Positions 15,230 through 27,100 of a DNA stretch of 35,986 nucleotides are shown piece after piece. Each line of letters starts with the position of its first letter. The stretch's first letter is position 1. The translations under genes and the position numbers were made by a program. The notes under the pieces were generated by a model that saw only the letters and a program-made list of their open reading frames with translations, made no database searches and was not told the DNA's origin. This DNA is from Verrucomicrobiales bacterium (GTDB taxonomy: Bacteria > Verrucomicrobiota > Verrucomicrobiia > Verrucomicrobiales > V1-33): assembly GCA_031411295.1 (NCBI GenBank), contig JANOAV010000013.1, positions 1 to 35,986 of the forward strand, given 5' to 3'.

Positions 15230-17575
15230 TTATGGAATCTCGGTAATGCGCCCGTAGAGCGAGCCAGTGGCAGACTTGCCCTCGAAGATGTGGAACTCGG
15301 ACACGTTGCCAAAACCGTTGGCGGTGGTTTCCCCGAAACGAACATCCAGTTTGAATTTGCGTCCGCCGACCGTCGTGGAGAATGGCACGCCCAGCGTTGG
15401 TAGATATACATAGTCTGCATTTTCTGCTTCAGTTCCAATGTTCCTAGTGTTGATCAGCTTGAAGAAATAATCAGCATTCGTAGTCGTGGCCGTGGGTTGG
15501 GCGATATTGAAGGCAAACTTCAGATTAATGCCGCCGGCTCCTGATCCGCTGATAATGGTTCCATTGTAGTAGGTCAATTTACCCAGGAAAAACCATTCCC
15601 CGGGGGCCGCTTTGAAACTGGGAGTGCCCACGAAGTCCATGGTAGATTGGGTCAGTCCAGATGCCCCTTGGATCTTTCCCCAAGCGAAGAAGGATCCTTC
15701 CTTGGGCGCGGGCAGATTCGTCACCAGGGTCTGGATCGTGCCACCCGTCGTGGTGTCTGGAATGGGATTGTGGAACAGCCCGGACGTGCCCCCGACGAAG
15801 TAGATGGTTTCATAGACTTCCTGCACTTCAGGACTATTCGCAAACTGAGCTTGGAGGAGGCTGCGAGCATAGACGACCAGCGTGGTTTGGTAATTGTCCT
15901 TCGATAACGCTGGGGGACTGGTGGCGTTGTATTTTTGGAAACTGCCAGTGGCTCCGAATCGATACCAGATTTCTGAAGTGTTCGCTGGATTCGGGTCCGC
16001 AATGGTGACCATCGTTGGGAAACTGTTGTAAGGATAATAACCGCCCGGCGGGGTCACCACTGGCGACTTCAGTTGGGACTTCGCCAACTGGTAGCGGCTG
16101 GTTCGCACTGCACTGCTCAACCACTTCAGGGGATCCACCGGCACCGCTCGTGATTCCAAGGTCACGTCCAATTGAGTATAGCCCAAGAGCACGGGAGTAG
16201 TGTAGTCCGCCCAAGTTCCCCCTTTTTCGCGATACTGCAGTTTCGAACTGCCAGCAGGATTCGGATTCGTGATGGCCACGCTGAGCGGATAGTCGGTGGC
16301 TGGATAAAGGCCTGCGGCCTTGGTGAAGACCGGGGATTGCAGTAATTTTTGGGTCAGATCATACATGGCGGATGCTTCTGTGCTGGCCAGCCAGCGTTGC
16401 GAATCGACGGGCAGGGCGCGGGCGACAACAATTAAGGAGGACTGGGGCGTCAAGGCCACTGGGCCAGTGTAGTTCGTCCAAGCACCGCCACCGATGCGGT
16501 ATTGAAGAATGGCTGTGCCTGCCTGGTTCGAATCGGCAATGGTGAGGCTGGTGGGGAAGTCTCCGTAGTTGAACGATCCGCTGGCTGGGTTGATCACAGG
16601 GGCCGTGAGCTGACCAGGACGGAAAGTGAACATCTCCGTTGCCTGAACGCTGGGTTTCCAACTGACAGTCAACGGTGTGGTGTAGGCGTCGATTTTAATA
16701 GTGGACTGTAGAGGCAGGCTTAGTCCGGTCTCATATTGCGTCCAAGCCCCTCCGTTTAACCGATAAAGAATCCCTGAAGAGCCAGTGGGATTGGTATTGG
16801 CCAAGGTGATGACCTGAGGGAAGTCATTGGGGCCCAGTGCAAAACCTGCTTTGCTGAATTCCGGCGGATTCAGCGGCACTGCTTGCGCTGTGGGCGTGGG
16901 GGCAGTCGGGATCGCGGTGGGCACGTTCGTTCCGGTCGGACGACTGGGAGGTGCTTTCTCCGGTGCGGCCCGATTGTTGAAATCCCAGACCCACTTCTCC
17001 TGTTTCGCAAGAGCCAAGCTCACCTGCCGATCCTCCGTCGCCAGGGGGGCTTCGCCCAAAGTCTCGTTTGTCTTTGTCACCATGCCAGCATGACCCACTT
17101 GGACCTTAAACGCATGACTGCCAGCATCATAAATCAAACTTACCGGGTCCTTCTCGCTCGCGGTCACTAAGTCCAGTCGGAGATCGATGAATGGCCCCCG
17201 CAGCCCGGCAATTGTCTGGCTCTGGGCATCGGTGGGCTTGGTTTTCAACTTCGCCAAGACCGCTGCTGGTGACGTGACGCCCTCAAGGGAGCCTCCATTG
17301 CTTATGTAGGTCTGCACCGCCTTGTTGAGAAGATTCGCGTCGCCCTCTATCGCAATCTGCCGCACGCCAGCATCGGTGCGTCCGAAAGTGGCTATGGCAA
17401 TTCCCGCGAGCACGGCAATCATCAGCACGGCCAGCATTACCTCGACGAGGCTGAAGCCAGATTCACGCTGCTTCTGGGCCCGCCGACTCCTGGGAGGGGG
17501 CTGGGCTGGAGGGGGGGACGAAACCTGCCCGCAAGGAGATGGACAGACGAATTGTGGGATGGATTGGGTTTTCAT
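15230..17575 (-). CDS. Prepilin-type N-terminal cleavage/methylation protein with four chitobiase/FN3-like repeats and a C-terminal choice-of-anchor-K-like domain
   Basis: G|FSLVEVMLAVLMIAVLAGIA class III signal. Repeats begin LNPPEFSK, LTAPVINP, LQSPVFTK and LKSPVVTP, each with 'I/Q-YR..GG.W/F..Y'. C-terminal 'FAWG...FFLGKLTYYNGTI'. Confidence 0.8.
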   Translation of the reverse strand: MKTQSIPQFVCPSPCGQVSSPPPAQPPPRSRRAQKQRESGFSLVEVMLAVLMIAVLAGIAIATFGRTDAGVRQIAIEGDANLLNKAVQTYISNGGSLEGVTSPAAVLAKLKTKPTDAQSQTIAGLRGPFIDLRLDLVTASEKDPVSLIYDAGSHAFKVQVGHAGMVTKTNETLGEAPLATEDRQVSLALAKQEKWVWDFNNRAAPEKAPPSRPTGTNVPTAIPTAPTPTAQAVPLNPPEFSKAGFALGPNDFPQVITLANTNPTGSSGILYRLNGGAWTQYETGLSLPLQSTIKIDAYTTPLTVSWKPSVQATEMFTFRPGQLTAPVINPASGSFNYGDFPTSLTIADSNQAGTAILQYRIGGGAWTNYTGPVALTPQSSLIVVARALPVDSQRWLASTEASAMYDLTQKLLQSPVFTKAAGLYPATDYPLSVAITNPNPAGSSKLQYREKGGTWADYTTPVLLGYTQLDVTLESRAVPVDPLKWLSSAVRTSRYQLAKSQLKSPVVTPPGGYYPYNSFPTMVTIADPNPANTSEIWYRFGATGSFQKYNATSPPALSKDNYQTTLVVYARSLLQAQFANSPEVQEVYETIYFVGGTSGLFHNPIPDTTTGGTIQTLVTNLPAPKEGSFFAWGKIQGASGLTQSTMDFVGTPSFKAAPGEWFFLGKLTYYNGTIISGSGAGGINLKFAFNIAQPTATTTNADYFFKLINTRNIGTEAENADYVYLPTLGVPFSTTVGGRKFKLDVRFGETTANGFGNVSEFHIFEGKSATGSLYGRITEIP

Positions 17576-17692
17576 GGTTGAGGTATTCCATAATTACTGC
17601 AATAAAACCGTAATTGCAATAATTAATATTGAGAATAATCGCAATAAATCACGATAATTATGGGATTCTCCGTCAACAGTGCCTTACCTCCG

Positions 17693-17728
17693 CAAACCAG
17701 CAGAGCAGACCCAGAGCCGCTCTGCTGG
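17693..17728 (-). terminator. Probable terminator hairpin downstream of metY
   Basis: CCAGCAGAGC (17697-17706)/GCTCTGCTGG (17719-17728) 10-bp stem, 10 bp after the stop, with only a short U tail on the minus strand. Confidence 0.55.
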
Positions 17729-17738
17729 CGTAAACCAC

Positions 17739-19082
<1,344 letters not shown>

Positions 19083-19157
19083 TCAGCGACAATCAAAAAA
19101 TCGCCATCACACCAGACACCTAATTGCGCTGCGGTTTGATCGCGATGGGGTGCAACC

Positions 19158-19958
19158 CTACTCCTCTGCTGTTCGTGGGGCGGTTAGGAGTTTGAGACCC
19201 TCCGCCGTAAACTCTTCATCAGCATAAACGACGCCATGTTTCAGTTTTGAGCCCGTCAGCTCAGTGAGAGCCTCTGAGCGCACTCCACTGACAGCCAGAT
19301 TAGCTGGCAAATAACGTTGCAGGTCATCTTTGACAACCCGGGTGGTATCAATGCGGCGCGCCAGTTTTCCGGATGGCAGGTATTTCTCCACTCGCAGGGG
19401 CACAAGGCGGCGGAGGTCCACCCAGGTGCGGACGCTGGCATAGTTGGAGCTTTGTCCTTTGCCGGGCTTGGATTCCAGGATTTGGCAATTAACGCGGTCA
19501 ATTACTTCGTTGCCAGCAAGACGTTGTCCCTCCCAAGTGAAGAAATCCTCAAGGGCATCGGCATAGGTGAGATCGCCACCCAACCATGGCAACGTCATTT
19601 GCGCAGCGGTTAGTGGGCTGAGCGCGCCCGCTGAGCCCAGCAGGGTGCCGACCGCTGGTTGATTGCCCACTTTGCGCAGCAAGATCGCCTCTCCGAAGCG
19701 TTCTTTGGGCCAGAGCACCTGATACACGATCTCCGTAGCCGCAGCCGTGCGTCGTTGCTTGATTTGCAGTTGTAGCACGGTTTTGGCATTGCCTGCCATC
19801 GGTTGGATTTCCATGCGAAGTTTTACAAAGGAATTCCCATCTTGCTGGCGGGCGCTGAGTGCCCCAGCCAGTTCAGTCGCAGTGACTGGGGCGGGATCGA
19901 CCGCATGGCTGAGGCATGCGAGTAAAGCGCTGAACAGGAAGATAAAGTGTCGTTTCAT
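19158..19958 (-). CDS. Outer-membrane lipoprotein-sorting (LolA-like) periplasmic protein
   Basis: Signal peptide from ATG 19958 (MKRHFIFLFSALLACLSHA). 'WLGGDLTYAD', 'CQILESKP...YASVRTWVD...PLRVEKY..SGKLAR' match the LolA_like pattern. Directly follows the ABC permease. Confidence 0.8.
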   Translation of the reverse strand: MKRHFIFLFSALLACLSHAVDPAPVTATELAGALSARQQDGNSFVKLRMEIQPMAGNAKTVLQLQIKQRRTAAATEIVYQVLWPKERFGEAILLRKVGNQPAVGTLLGSAGALSPLTAAQMTLPWLGGDLTYADALEDFFTWEGQRLAGNEVIDRVNCQILESKPGKGQSSNYASVRTWVDLRRLVPLRVEKYLPSGKLARRIDTTRVVKDDLQRYLPANLAVSGVRSEALTELTGSKLKHGVVYADEEFTAEGLKLLTAPRTAEE

Positions 19959-19981
19959 AAATTTTGTTGCGTTAAATATAG

Positions 19982-21097
19982 CTACCCCTGCATCGCCAGG
20001 CTGGGCGTCAGCCGGGAACTTCGCCATGCAGGGTAGAGCCCGCTGATGACCCCGACAATGACAGCCATGGCGACAGCGGTGAGCATGAGGGTGATGCTAA
20101 GGTCAGGCTCTAACAGTCCATGGATGGCCGGAAGCTTTTCCAAGGCCTTGACGCCCAAGATGCCAATGAGGACTCCACCGATGCCACCCATAAATCCTAG
20201 CAGGGCAGACTCCATCAATATCATGCGCATGATGCGCGCGCGCCTCCAGCCAATGGCTAGGAGAATACAGATTTCCTGCTTTCTCTCAAAGACCGTCATC
20301 AGCATCGTGTTCATGACCCCCAGCACGCCCACGATGACCGCGAGCAGGGAAGTGCCCCAGCTCATGGCACTGATGAAGCGATAGGCTTGACTGTTTCCCA
20401 AGTGCGCCCCTGCAGCCATGGCGCGTGCTTCCGGGACTTTAGCGTTGATTTCCGCGCAGAGTTTCTGAATGCCCGCTTCGTTCATGCCGGGCGTTACGCG
20501 CAGGTCGATGATATTGATCTTACCCTCATTGCCAGACAGTGCTTGAAATAGAGCTAACGAAAGAATGACGGAACCATTTTCCACTAACGCACCTCCATCC
20601 ACGATGCCGACAACGGTAAGTTCTTTGGTTTCAATTTGGACGGTATCACCGACTTTTTTCCGCAGACCCTCGGCCGCGTTCTGACCCAGCACCACTGCGG
20701 GTTCATTGGCATCCGTAGGTAAACGGCCGGTCACTAACTTCAGGTTCTGCCAGGAAAATCCGCCCCACTGCCGGGCGGAGACCACCATCATGGCAGAGTC
20801 CTCGATACTAGTTAGGTCCACGAAAATAGGGCAGGTTGCGGCCACGTTCGGAATGGCCGCAATGGCCTCCAAAACGTTACTGCTGAAAGGTTTGGGGGCC
20901 AACGCACTGCCCATGTTGCTCACCACAATGTCTGTCCCTCTAGCTTTCATGCCAGTGGCCCAGCTTTGTTCGAATCCGCGAGATATCCCCACCAGCGCTA
21001 CCACCGCAGCGATACCAATGGAGATGCCAATGAGCGTGAGGCCCGTGCGCACTGGGCGACGCAGGAGTCCACGCACGACGATGGTGAAAAAGTTCAT
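19982..21097 (-). CDS. ABC transporter permease, MacB/FtsX (LolC/E-like) family
   Basis: RRPVRTGLTLIGISIGIAAVV, large periplasmic loop, 'GVMNTMLMTVFERKQEICILLAIGW', 'GLYPAWRSSRL'. Confidence 0.93.
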   Translation of the reverse strand: MNFFTIVVRGLLRRPVRTGLTLIGISIGIAAVVALVGISRGFEQSWATGMKARGTDIVVSNMGSALAPKPFSSNVLEAIAAIPNVAATCPIFVDLTSIEDSAMMVVSARQWGGFSWQNLKLVTGRLPTDANEPAVVLGQNAAEGLRKKVGDTVQIETKELTVVGIVDGGALVENGSVILSLALFQALSGNEGKINIIDLRVTPGMNEAGIQKLCAEINAKVPEARAMAAGAHLGNSQAYRFISAMSWGTSLLAVIVGVLGVMNTMLMTVFERKQEICILLAIGWRRARIMRMILMESALLGFMGGIGGVLIGILGVKALEKLPAIHGLLEPDLSITLMLTAVAMAVIVGVISGLYPAWRSSRLTPSLAMQG

Positions 21098-21825
21098 GAA
21101 GATTGTCGGCTGGGGTCTTCCTGCGGAAGGATGCGCCCGTCTTTCATCTGAATGATGCGGGAGGCGCGCTGCGCAATAGTTAGATCATGAGTGACCATGA
21201 TGAGGGTCATGTGGTGCTCAATGTGGAGTTGGCAGATCAGGTCGAGAATCAGATGCGCATTGTCACTATCCAGATTTCCCGTGGGCTCGTCCGCTAGCAG
21301 CACGGAGGGTTGATTCGCCAGGCTTCGTGCAATCGCCACACGCTGCCTTTCCCCGCCAGATAGCTTCGCAGGGAAATGACGGAAACGATCCGCGAGACCG
21401 ACCAAGGTGAGGAGTTGCATGGCTCTCTCTTTGCGCTCTGCGGCCGTGCGAGACGTTTCAAACATCGGCAACTGGACGTTTTCCAGCGCAGTGAAAGTTG
21501 GTAGCAAATGAAACGCTTGAAAAATGATCCCGATTTCCCGGGCACGATATTTGGCAGGGTCGGGGAGATCAGGGATGGAATTGCCACGATACTCTAAGCT
21601 ACCAGAACTCGGGAAATCTAACGACCCAAGCATTTGCAGTAACGTCGTTTTGCCACAGCCACTCGGGCCAGTGATGGCTACGAACTCACCTTGCTCAATA
21701 GTAAACTCCACGCCGCGCAGAGCCTGCACGCGGCCATCGTCGAACTCCTTTTTGAGGTTCGTGGCCGCAAACTCGCATGGCCTGCGAGCGATTGGTGGCT
21801 GTGAGACTGGAACGCTAGCTTTCAT
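21094..21825 (-). CDS. ABC transporter ATP-binding protein (LolD/MacB-type)
   Basis: Walker A GPSGCGKTT, LSGGERQRVAIAR, LLADEPTGNLD, VTHD. The start at ATG 21825 overlaps the desaturase stop (ATGA). Confidence 0.95.
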   Translation of the reverse strand: MKASVPVSQPPIARRPCEFAATNLKKEFDDGRVQALRGVEFTIEQGEFVAITGPSGCGKTTLLQMLGSLDFPSSGSLEYRGNSIPDLPDPAKYRAREIGIIFQAFHLLPTFTALENVQLPMFETSRTAAERKERAMQLLTLVGLADRFRHFPAKLSGGERQRVAIARSLANQPSVLLADEPTGNLDSDNAHLILDLICQLHIEHHMTLIMVTHDLTIAQRASRIIQMKDGRILPQEDPSRQSS

Positions 21826-22775
21826 CGTGAGGAATCTTCTTTGAGCCATTGCGCTCCGACCCGTGGGTTGGTGAGGTTCCGCAGGAGGTGCGCTAGCGCA
21901 CTGCGATAACTCGGGAACGGATGAATTTCCTCCGGTGACTGTGGATGGAGTTCTGCGACCAGACGTGGCAATTCCGCATGGGGCAGGCCGACATTTAAAT
22001 GATGCAGGCCGTGATAGGGTTCGTGGAGGAGAGTGAATGAAACCAGCCTCCCAGGCCATCCCTGGGCCACGATACTGCGAGTAGAACTATTGACAGTCTG
22101 ACCAGTCATGCCCACATGCTCGATGTATTTGCGCCAGCTTTGCAAATTTCCCGCCACAAAAATGGGCACGAGATACATCCATAGGAAATACCGCCAAACC
22201 TGCCAGTAACTGACCGCCCAGAAGACCGAAACCCATACAACCAGCATGAATGCCAGTTCTGTCCAAATGCGTTTGCGGACCTTTTTATTGCGAATGGGAG
22301 AGCCTTTGCGGAGAAAGGTGCGGAGGAACAAAAATGGGGTAAACAGCAGTCCCAGATTGAGTTCAACGATCGCTGCCAGGACGCGTGCCCAACGTGGCAT
22401 GGTGGTGACGACAAATGGCCAGAGTTCTTCGTCCCGTTCTGTGGCCAGATGGGCGTGATGGGACTGGTGCGCGGCCCGGTAGAGGCTGAAGCTCATGAAA
22501 CTGGAGACACCAATCGCCACGCCATCGAATTCGTTGAAGCGGCGGTTGCGCCTCAGAAGCCCGTGGGAGGCTTCATGGAAGCCAACCGCTGCTCCGTGCA
22601 TGAGATGACTGGCAACGAGCACCAGCGGCAGCGCAAACCAAATGGAAACACCGCTGCGTAGGATTACTAGCAACCCAATTTCCGTAAACACAAATAAGAA
22701 AATGACAATCTGGAAGGCAGATTTACTGACCCAGTGCGGCTCATATAATGGTTCATTGGCAGGGGCAGGATTCAT
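21822..22775 (-). CDS. Membrane fatty-acid desaturase family protein
   Basis: Three His boxes HEASH, HQSHH and HGLHH, plus hydrophobic segments. The start at ATG 22775 overlaps the C-domain gene stop (ATGA). Confidence 0.9.
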   Translation of the reverse strand: MNPAPANEPLYEPHWVSKSAFQIVIFLFVFTEIGLLVILRSGVSIWFALPLVLVASHLMHGAAVGFHEASHGLLRRNRRFNEFDGVAIGVSSFMSFSLYRAAHQSHHAHLATERDEELWPFVVTTMPRWARVLAAIVELNLGLLFTPFLFLRTFLRKGSPIRNKKVRKRIWTELAFMLVVWVSVFWAVSYWQVWRYFLWMYLVPIFVAGNLQSWRKYIEHVGMTGQTVNSSTRSIVAQGWPGRLVSFTLLHEPYHGLHHLNVGLPHAELPRLVAELHPQSPEEIHPFPSYRSALAHLLRNLTNPRVGAQWLKEDSSR

Positions 22776-24115
22776 GGAGGGGAGGTGGTTAGCGCAGAGG
22801 TTACCAGTTCTGGAGCATGACAAATACGCGCCAGCACAGCCAAATACAGCGCGCTGACCACTCGGATCTCCTTCAGTGGAAACGCATCCAGCCGATAGAG
22901 CCATGCAATTTCTAGTCCTTCATCCTGTTCATTAATTTCGCAGGCTAGGGTAAATCGAGCCGTCCCAGTGCTTCTCATGCGCAACTGCAGGGAAAGACCA
23001 GCCACGGCCACGTCTGGCACGGGATGATTTTGCAGTGCGAAACGGATTTCGAAAATTGGATTCGTGTTAGGCGTGGTGGGGGTGCCCATCGCTTGGACGA
23101 GTTCGGCAAATGGGACTGCGTTCGCAAAGGACTCAACAGTAGCTTCATGCACGCTCCGCAGCATGTCATCGAAGCATCGGGTCGGATCCACCTGACCGCG
23201 CAAAGGAACGATGCTGGAACAGTAGCCCGCCGTCTGCCGAACCGCTTGGCTATTGCGATTGGCCACAGGGGTTCCCACCGTGATATCCGGCTGACCGGTC
23301 CATTTCGAAATAGTGATTTGGAAAGCGGTCAGCAAGGTAGTGAACAACGTTGTTTCATGTCGGCGCGCCACCTCTCGGAGCAAGCGACCCTGCTCGGCAG
23401 GAACGTTACTCACGTGGCGGGAGATAGGACCGCTGCGGACGCCATCCCAGATGCGAGGCGCACCTGACAGGGTTTGCTTCCAATACGCCAGTCGAGGAGC
23501 CAACCGAGCAGGGTGCCAAAAAGCGCGTTCCGCAGTGCCCCACTCTGAATACGTTTGTGGCACTGGTGGCAGGGCCGCGCTCGTCCCGCGTAATGCCAGC
23601 ACGTAGGCTGAGAAGAGATCTTGCACGAACACCCCCAGGGTCCATCCATCGGCAATGGCATGATGAATTGCCAAAACTAGCATATGATCATCCTTGCTGC
23701 GACTGAGCACTTTCGACCGATAGAGCGGGCCCTGAACGAGATCGAATGGAGCCGCAAATACCTCCCTCGCAAGGTCTTCCGTTGCTTCAGCCGTGCAGTC
23801 CTGGGGCGCAAGTTCCGCGAATTCCAGAGCCGGTTGGCTGGTCCGCCGGATGAGCTGCATGGGATGTTCTTTTCCTGGAAGGATCGACAAGCGAAACACC
23901 TCCTGTCGATCCACTACCTTCTGCAAGGCGGCTTCGCTGCCTCGTGGCGTCAACGCTCCGCGCACTTGAATGATGGCGCAGATGTTGTTTGAAACATCAT
24001 CAGGGGCCACTGGGGCGGCCTCCCAGAGTTCGCGCTGCGGATACGTCAATGGCTGTAAGCGGGCCTCTCCGGTCCGTAACCACTGCTTCAAACGTTCTCG
24101 GTTGTCTTGGGGCAT
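22772..24115 (-). CDS. Stand-alone NRPS-type condensation domain protein / acyltransferase
   Basis: PLTYPQRELW, PFDLVQGPLYR, intact HHAIADG (HHxxxDG), YWKQTL, DITVGTPVANR, PFAELV. No A or T domain. Confidence 0.92.
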   Translation of the reverse strand: MPQDNRERLKQWLRTGEARLQPLTYPQRELWEAAPVAPDDVSNNICAIIQVRGALTPRGSEAALQKVVDRQEVFRLSILPGKEHPMQLIRRTSQPALEFAELAPQDCTAEATEDLAREVFAAPFDLVQGPLYRSKVLSRSKDDHMLVLAIHHAIADGWTLGVFVQDLFSAYVLALRGTSAALPPVPQTYSEWGTAERAFWHPARLAPRLAYWKQTLSGAPRIWDGVRSGPISRHVSNVPAEQGRLLREVARRHETTLFTTLLTAFQITISKWTGQPDITVGTPVANRNSQAVRQTAGYCSSIVPLRGQVDPTRCFDDMLRSVHEATVESFANAVPFAELVQAMGTPTTPNTNPIFEIRFALQNHPVPDVAVAGLSLQLRMRSTGTARFTLACEINEQDEGLEIAWLYRLDAFPLKEIRVVSALYLAVLARICHAPELVTSALTTSPP

Positions 24116-24124
24116 GTCCTGATT

Positions 24125-27100
24125 TCAGCCGAGGTTGGAGATGGCTAGTTCTTTCTCCACGGGTGCGGGAGCCTCACCCAAAAGGCGGTCGATGGCGTCA
24201 TCAGAAAGCACGTCAAGGTCCAGATCTTCTGGGCGCACGCTGCGTTCTACGACGTCAGCAGGCTTTGATTTAGCCGTGGTGACGGCTCCACCCATGTGTT
24301 CCACAATCAAGGTGACAATCTGCTCAATGGTGCGCGCCTTCATCAAACTCGCAGGGGGTAAGGCGATGCCGATGGCGCTTTCGATACTGTTTTCAATTTC
24401 CACGGCCATTAAAGAATCCAGTCCTAGGTCTGTGAGCGGTTGGTCCACCCGCAGGCCCTCTGGCTTCACCCGCAAGACGGACCCCACGACGTCCCGCACC
24501 GCCAGGCTGATGATGTCGGCACGTTCGTTAGGGGCGCATGTTTCTATCTTCAATCGCCAGTCACTCTTGGTGCCACTGGATTCTGGGGCGTCGATGCCTG
24601 CGGCAAAAATATGCTCTAACAGGGGGCTTTCTTGACTCCCGCGGAAGGACTGACGCCACTTGCTCCAATCTACACGCAGGGCCAGCGCTTGGGTGGCACC
24701 TGCATTGAGAAATGATTCCATCAAGCCGACGACCTCAATAGGTGTGAGCGGCGTAGTGCCTTGCCGGGCCAAGTATTCAGCGACTCGTTCATTGCGCGCT
24801 ACATAACCTTCCCCACCCAGCGCCCCCCAATTAATGACGAGCGCAGGTAATCCGCTGGCCTGGCGATGATGTGCCAGTGCATCCAGAAAAGCATTGGCGG
24901 CGGCATAGTTAGCTTGCCCGGAGTTTCCGAAGATGCTGGACACGGAGGAGAACATCACGAAACAATCGAGATCCATCCCCTGCGTGGCTTCATGCAGCAA
25001 CCAAGCACCATGCGCTTTCGGTGCGAAGACAGCTCGCATGCGATCTCGTGTTAGCGATGCCATGGGGGCATCATCGATCACCATGGCCAGATGGAAAATT
25101 CCTTTCAACGCAATCCCAGCAGAGCCAATTTCAGTGAAGATTTTCTGGACCTCGGCATGGGAACCAATGTCGGCGGAAATCACGCGCACCTCCACCTCAC
25201 GAGCACGCAGCGAATTTAAGAACTCTTGAGCTTGAGGCGTAGTGGCTCCCTGGCGGCTCGTTAAAACGAGGTGTTTTGCTCCGCAGGTTACGAGCCACTC
25301 TGCGACAACTTTTCCAAAGCCACCGAAGCCCCCCGTGATTAAATAAGTTCCATCCGACTTGACGGTAAATGCTGGCGCGAGTGGTTCGCCCCTGGTGGCA
25401 ACAAAGGGTGCGGGAAACGCGACCACCACTTTGCCAGTATGTTTTCCTTGGGCCATCAAGCGGAAGGCGGTGTCAAGCCGGCACGCGGGAAAGGAACGAA
25501 ACGGAAGGGGTTGCAGTGCGTTTGCACTGACTAAGTCAGCAATGGTTTCTAACAACCGTTGGGTGCGCTTTTCATCGCCCCCGAAGATGGCATCCATCGC
25601 CACCACGTGGAAGCTGGCATTCTTGCGGAGGGGCCAGAGCGGGATGCGTGAGTTTTGATAAATGTCCCGTTTGCCGATTTCGATAAACCGTCCGAATTGC
25701 GCAAGACAACTTAGGCCCATGGGGATCGCTTCCGCCGCTAGCGCATTGAGGACGACATCGACGCCCTGTCCGTCCGTAATTTCTAAGACGGCTTCTGCAA
25801 AGTCTGCCCGCCGCGAGTCGATCACATGCTGCACTCCCATGGTCTCTAACAGGGAGCGTTTGGCAGGACTGCCAGCGCTGGCAATGACGGTAGCTCCCAG
25901 GTGATGGGCAATCTGAATAGCCGCCATGCCCACGCCACCCGCGCCCGCATGGACTAGCACGCGCTCACCCGGTTGGAGGTTGGTCACTGTTTTCAATGCA
26001 TGCCAAGAGGTCATAAACACCACTGGCAACGTAGCGGCTTCTTCAAATGAGAGACCACGGGGAATCAGACGCACATCGCCTGCACGGGCCATGGAGTGAG
26101 TGGCCAGCCCGAATACGGCTAGACCAAATACCTCGTCACCAACGGCAACATGGGTGACCTCACTACCCACTGCTTTGACAATGCCTGCCACTTCATCCCC
26201 ATAGATCCGCGCATCTGCGGTCTCCGCAGGATACAGGGCTAGGGCCTTCAGCACATCTCGGAAATTCATGCCCGCCGCTTTGACCTCAATGACCACTTCT
26301 CCGGCACCACAGGGCGGCAGGGCGAACGGCATTAGCCGCAGGGAATCAAGGATGCCGCGTTCACGAGACTCTAGCCGTAAAGGGACGTTACGATCCATTT
26401 CCTGTTCACGGGAAGCGAGTCCACGCTGGATGCGCCGCACGTAGCGCGCTTCGCCACGGAGCACGATCTCCCGCTCGGCATCCTGGTGCAGAAGTTCCTG
26501 CCAGAGAGCACGAACGTCAGGGGATGCCGGCGCGTTGGCTAAGTCAATGCTGCGACATGTAATGTTAGGATGCTCATTGGCAATGACGCGCATCAAACCG
26601 ATCACAGCCGCTTGGGCGACCGTGGCATCATGCCGGTGGCCTACCGCCTGCGCGCCTCGCGTTACCACGTCAATGCGCTGCTTCTTAGCCAAGTCCAGGG
26701 CTTGGGCAAGATGAAATAGACCATCGGTGCCAAGTAACTCCGCAGCTGGATTTTGCTCATCCAAGCCCCATAGATAAACGATGCGGTCTGGAGATTGCTC
26801 TGCGCAGGCCGTGATGAGATGCTGCCAATCTTCGGGCACTTCGGCACGGAGCGTGAAATGATCTTCACTTGTTTCAGCAAAGTCATTACCCCTGTGGGCG
26901 ATACGACACCGACATCCGTTCAAGGCGAGTTGTGCTGCGAGGGCGTCACCCAATCCAGATGAGTCAGCGATGATCAACCACGAAGTTTCCATGGGAGTTA
27001 CCATCTCCTGCTCTGCCGTAACCACCGGCTCAGTCCAGGCTTTGCGCGCCATCAGACCGATCAAACTTTCGCCACCTCGCGAACGAATCAATCCCGCCAG

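Noticed and set aside
15050..15403. 117-aa ORF after rpsS as a divergent rplV
   Set aside because: No L22 similarity. It starts inside the terminator, runs through REP repeats and overlaps the antisense pilin gene.
21826..22904. Long N-terminal extensions on the ATPase (start 22059) and desaturase (start 22904) given by the ORF track
   Set aside because: They overlap the upstream genes. The ATGA-coupled starts at 21825 and 22775 are more plausible.
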